Assembly (NCBI RefSeq): GCF_963921235.1
Contig: NC_086097.1
Coordinates: forward strand, 138,572,001 to 138,636,000
Direction of reading: 5' to 3'
DNA length: 64,000 nucleotides
Source: Mobula hypostoma
Taxonomy: Eukaryota
The position numbers and the translations under genes are program-made. Below, one piece after another: positions 60,446 through 64,000 of this stretch; the first letter of the stretch is position 1; every line of letters starts with the position of its first letter. Below the pieces are notes generated by a model that made no database searches, was not told the origin of the DNA, and saw only the letters and a list, made by a program, of their open reading frames with translations.

Positions 60446-62079
60446 ATTGTTTTTGTATTTTACTTTTTAAAAATTCATAAGACCATTAAATGCCTGGCAG
60501 AGCAGCTCATGTATTTGAATATCTCTGAGGAGAGCAGGGCCCCACAGTGTCAGTGTCTATTTGTTTCAATTCTACTGCTTATTAGTAATGGTTTTTGAAG
60601 CATGTATGTTTATATAAGTTACTAGACATTTGTGAGAAACACTTCTACAAGTAATGGCTCTTTAGTCAGTCACACATGTATTTTGTAGGCTAAGGGAGCA
60701 GTAAAATATTTTAAAATATTGGATTAAAATTCCTGAAGAAATACTTTAGTTCTTGGAGGATTCAGCTGGGTGTCAGTCTGTTACCCAAGTTAATGGATTA
60801 GGTGAGAAGTTCCCCAACATGTATGAATTAATCAATCTTGCCATATTTGGAATAGATATTTCTTTTGAAAAATAATTTGATGCTTTATTGCCAAAATCTT
60901 TGCAATTAAAGACAGCTGAGTAGTTCCTTTTTGCAGAAGTTTGTCTTTTCCAAATGATGTGGAATGTTCCAGCTCCAGGGATACTTTGTTGAATATGGAT
61001 TCTTGTCTTTTGCTTGTGTCTAGCTGAAAGATGGAGCTGTGATTATAGAATATCATATCATGCAAAACAGCAGAGCTGATCCTGAACCACTCACTTCTTG
61101 GGGGTTATAGGATTTAATTCTTCAGTATAACTAACTAGTGTGCTGTTTGCCATCTCTTGCCCAATTTACACAACCTGACTTGAAAGCTGTGTATATTTGA
61201 ACCAAGTTCCAACCTACATTTCCCATCCCTCTCTTAACCCACTTCTGATTCAGATTTATATTTACTTGTAATATGTACATCAAAATATATAATGAAATGT
61301 CATTTCCGTTAGCTTACACAGCCAAAGATGTGCTGGGGGCAGGCTGCAAGTGTTGCCACACATTCCAGCACCAACATAGCATGGCCAGAATGCTTAGCAG
61401 TGCAACACAGAGCACAACAAAGCAGAACGTGCACTAAGCACAGCAGGAAAACACGCCCAGTTCTTTCCTCCCTCCCAATGCACATTGCCAGCTACATTAG
61501 GTTAACATCATTGTGTGATTGTGAAAGTTTGTAGGTTGAAGACAAAACAGCAACTTTATGGTTCAAGTCAGAAATATCCTTAATTGGGAGTGTGTTTTGT
61601 GGTTATCTTTTGGCTATATCTCATTTGTACAAAACACTGCGTATGACACATGCTCACTGGATGTAATGTGGAATTGCTCATGCCTAGCCTGGAGGACAGA
61701 CATAATACTTCATTTGCTCACCTGGCTAATCTAAGGCCCTTGTAAGTTCTCCTTATGAGAATCCAAGCTGTTAATAACTGCTTGTATATGCTGAAAGCAA
61801 TTAAAGGCTAGTAAATTATCCATAAGTTGTAGGTTCATTGTCAGAATCTTACTTAGTGGTTACACACCTGTGCAAAAGTGCATGCATTCTGAGATTGTTT
61901 TGCTTGTATATGTACGTATCCTCAGTGAATCTTGAGATTATTCTCACATGAAGAGGGTCTTTGTGAGTGAGGGAAGGATCAGTACTTGCTTGAGACCTCT
62001 GTTTGAATTGGCTCATGAGAAACGATTGAAATTGATCATTTTCTTGTCCAATGCAAATAGATGTAGCACTAAGCATTTA

Positions 62080-63230
62080 GACCTGCCTCTACAACTTCCC
62101 TTCACCAACTTTCAGGATCCCAACAGAGCTTCAAGATGAGGCAGTCCTTCACTTGTGAGTCCATCAGGGTCACTTACTGCATCCGGTATTCCTGGTGCGG
62201 CCTCATTTATATTGGTGAGTGCTTCATTGAGTATCTCCACACTGTAATCATCCAGAAGCAGTTGAACATGTATTGATAAAATGTAAGAAGTATCAAAAAG
62301 AAAGAGTGAAGATGATAGGAGCGCTTAAGATAAACAAACAAAAACTGATGTGGGTATAGAAGACATTTTAAGTGGGAATTCAAGAGAAATACAGATCCGT
62401 ATCATGAAGTATCTGAAAGATTCAGGTTTATTATATAGAATTTAGGGAATGCAATTCTTTTCCCTTCTGTTTATCCAACGATCCACACTCCAGTCTAGCA
62501 GGTGGCGGTAATGCACCTAAAAGCTGGTTTGCCAACCGCCATAAAACAACACAAGAAGAAGAAGAAGAAGGGTATCTCCACTCTATCTGCCGTAACGGTG
62601 GTGATCGCTCTGTGGCTAGCCATTTTAATTCCATTTACCATTTCTATGATGACGTGTTTGTCCACAGCCTCCTCTACTTCAAAGTTGAGGCCAAGTGCAG
62701 ATGAGAGGAATATCACCTCATATTCTGCCTTGCTAGTGTCCCAACCTGATGTTCTGAACATTGATTTCTTCAGCTTGCAGTACCACTCGCCTCTGACCCC
62801 ACCCCTTCCTTTTCCCTTATTCAACCATTCCTGATTACTCCTCCGCTTTCTCGATCTGCCCATTGCCTACTCATTGCACCCTTTAATTCCCTTTCTCACT
62901 TCCTTCCCATATTCCATAATCCACTGTCCTCTCCTATCAGATTCCATTTTGTTCCCTTACATTATTTTCCACTCTCTCCCCCTCCTCTACCTGCCTGTCT
63001 TTTCCTTCACATCATGGTCCACTTATCACCTGCTAGCTCTTGCTCTACCTCTACCCCACCTTTATATACTGGCTAACTCCCCTCTTTCTTCCCAGTCCTG
63101 AACGAAGGTCGGGCTACAAAATGTCGACTGCCCATTTCCCTATGTAAATCCTGCCTGACTGATTGAATTCTTCCAGCATTTTTGTGTGTTGCTCCAGACT
63201 TCCAACATCAGCAGTCTATCTTGTATCTTC
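62080..63230 (+). mobile_element. Penelope-like retroelement 3' part (GIY-YIG remnant plus terminal repeat), interrupted by an I/Nimb LINE
   Basis: VTYCIRYSWCGLIYIGE at 62169-62219 (GIY-YIG-like), C-terminal QPDVLNIDF, pyrimidine-rich UTR, decayed hammerhead-like motif at 63093-63130. Confidence 0.8.
62243..62570 (+). mobile_element. I/Nimb-clade LINE 3' end with (AAG)n tail
   Basis: CNHPEAVEHVLIKCKKYQKER (C-x7-H-x4-C knuckle), one frameshift, then KYLKDSGLLYRI* (stop at 62443-62445). aagaagaagaag tail. gtatctccac duplicated at 62231-62240 and 62572-62581. Confidence 0.7.
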
Positions 63231-63331
63231 ATTGCAAATAGGTAATATCAGCTACAAAAATTTCTGAAACTGTTTAGTACAAGGCATTTTAGGTGCCAAA
63301 ATATAAATAAAGCTTGTACATGGAACTACTG

Positions 63332-63702
63332 CAGATATCCCACCCTGCAAAAACTCATTTCAGGGAGGTAGCACTATCAATTTGCGGGAGACTCCCAGAA
63401 CTTCCGGGAGAGGTGGGATGACTGCAATAGAGTAGCTCCTTAGCAGCTAGCCAGCTAGTTTAAATAATGTTAGCTATTGCTAATGAACGAATAACACCTG
63501 TTAAACTCACCTCAACATGTCTTTTACAGTCTTAACCCACCATAGGCAATAGAAAAGTCACTGTTGCAAATAGTGCAGCGAGCAACACTGTCATTATTTT
63601 TAACCCCTATTAGGCAGGGGTACACTTTAGTGTAGTCTGGGGTGATGTACATTTTATATTTTCTTTTTTTGGAAAACTCTGCCATGGCGCGCATGTGCGC
63701 TG

Positions 63703-63746
<44 letters not shown>

Positions 63747-63963
63747 ACTCTCTTGGGCTCTCGTGCTTGCTCTCTCTCACTCTCGCAGTCTCTCTCTCTC
63801 TCTCTCTCTCTCTGTCGTTCTCGTGGTCTCTCTCACACTTTCGCTCGCTCGCTCTCAAAAAAAAAAGTGATTTCCGGGACATTGTATATAAATTGCGGGC
63901 ATTAGGGAGCCGCTATTAATATGCGGGAGACTCCTGGAACTTCCGGGAGAGGTGGGATGTCTG
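63332..63963 (-). mobile_element. Non-autonomous hAT-like DNA transposon, 632 bp, 6-bp TSD, retaining a zinc-finger-like transposase first exon
   Basis: TIRs cagatatcccacc / ggtgggatgtctg. ctactg duplicated at 63326-63331 and 63964-63969. Minus-strand MAEFSKKRKYK...ARCTICNSDFSIAYGG, then KRHVE and a GTGAGT donor. Confidence 0.8.
63705..63856. repeat. Imperfect (CT)n/(CTCG)n microsatellite inside the hAT-like element
   Basis: Direct reading. Confidence 0.95.
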
Positions 63964-64000
63964 CTACTGTGTATCTTTCCATTACCAACTATCTGCAATA

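Noticed and set aside
63642..63919. Ser/Leu-rich ORFs
   Set aside because: They are translations of the (CT)n microsatellite.
1..64000. CRISPR array, prokaryotic operon, retron/DGR or endogenous virus
   Set aside because: No regularly spaced repeats, operon-like gene density, LTR/gag/env or viral proteins were recognised. All RT fragments fit non-LTR retrotransposons.

Overview
Eukaryotic, AT-rich vertebrate DNA. The repeat set (CR1, Rex1/Babar, V-SINEs, Penelope termini) suggests a cartilaginous fish, probably a ray; that is an inference. The window lies inside the + strand EIF3E (Int-6) gene. It holds two coding exons, 17367-17468 and 57046-57155 (equivalent to human exons 9 and 10), separated by a 39,577-bp intron. 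The rest is intron packed with nested mobile elements: CR1, Rex1/Babar, L1, RTE and I/Nimb LINEs, Penelope-like (GIY-YIG) elements, V-SINEs, Tc1 and pogo/Tigger pieces, and hAT derivatives. The most interesting signal is a family of Penelope termini carrying a minimal hammerhead-ribozyme motif (CAGTC-CTGANGA-A-stem II-GAAACGTC-GACTG). These occur as element ends, as a short solo insertion with a target-site duplication, and as fold-back hairpins. Other notable structures are a hAT MITE carrying LINE cargo, a hAT-like element with a 6-bp TSD and a duplicated end, a perfect 31-bp palindrome inside a decayed L1, and V-SINEs with two different tails. Repeat family names come from motif recognition, not database searches, and most repeat boundaries are approximate.
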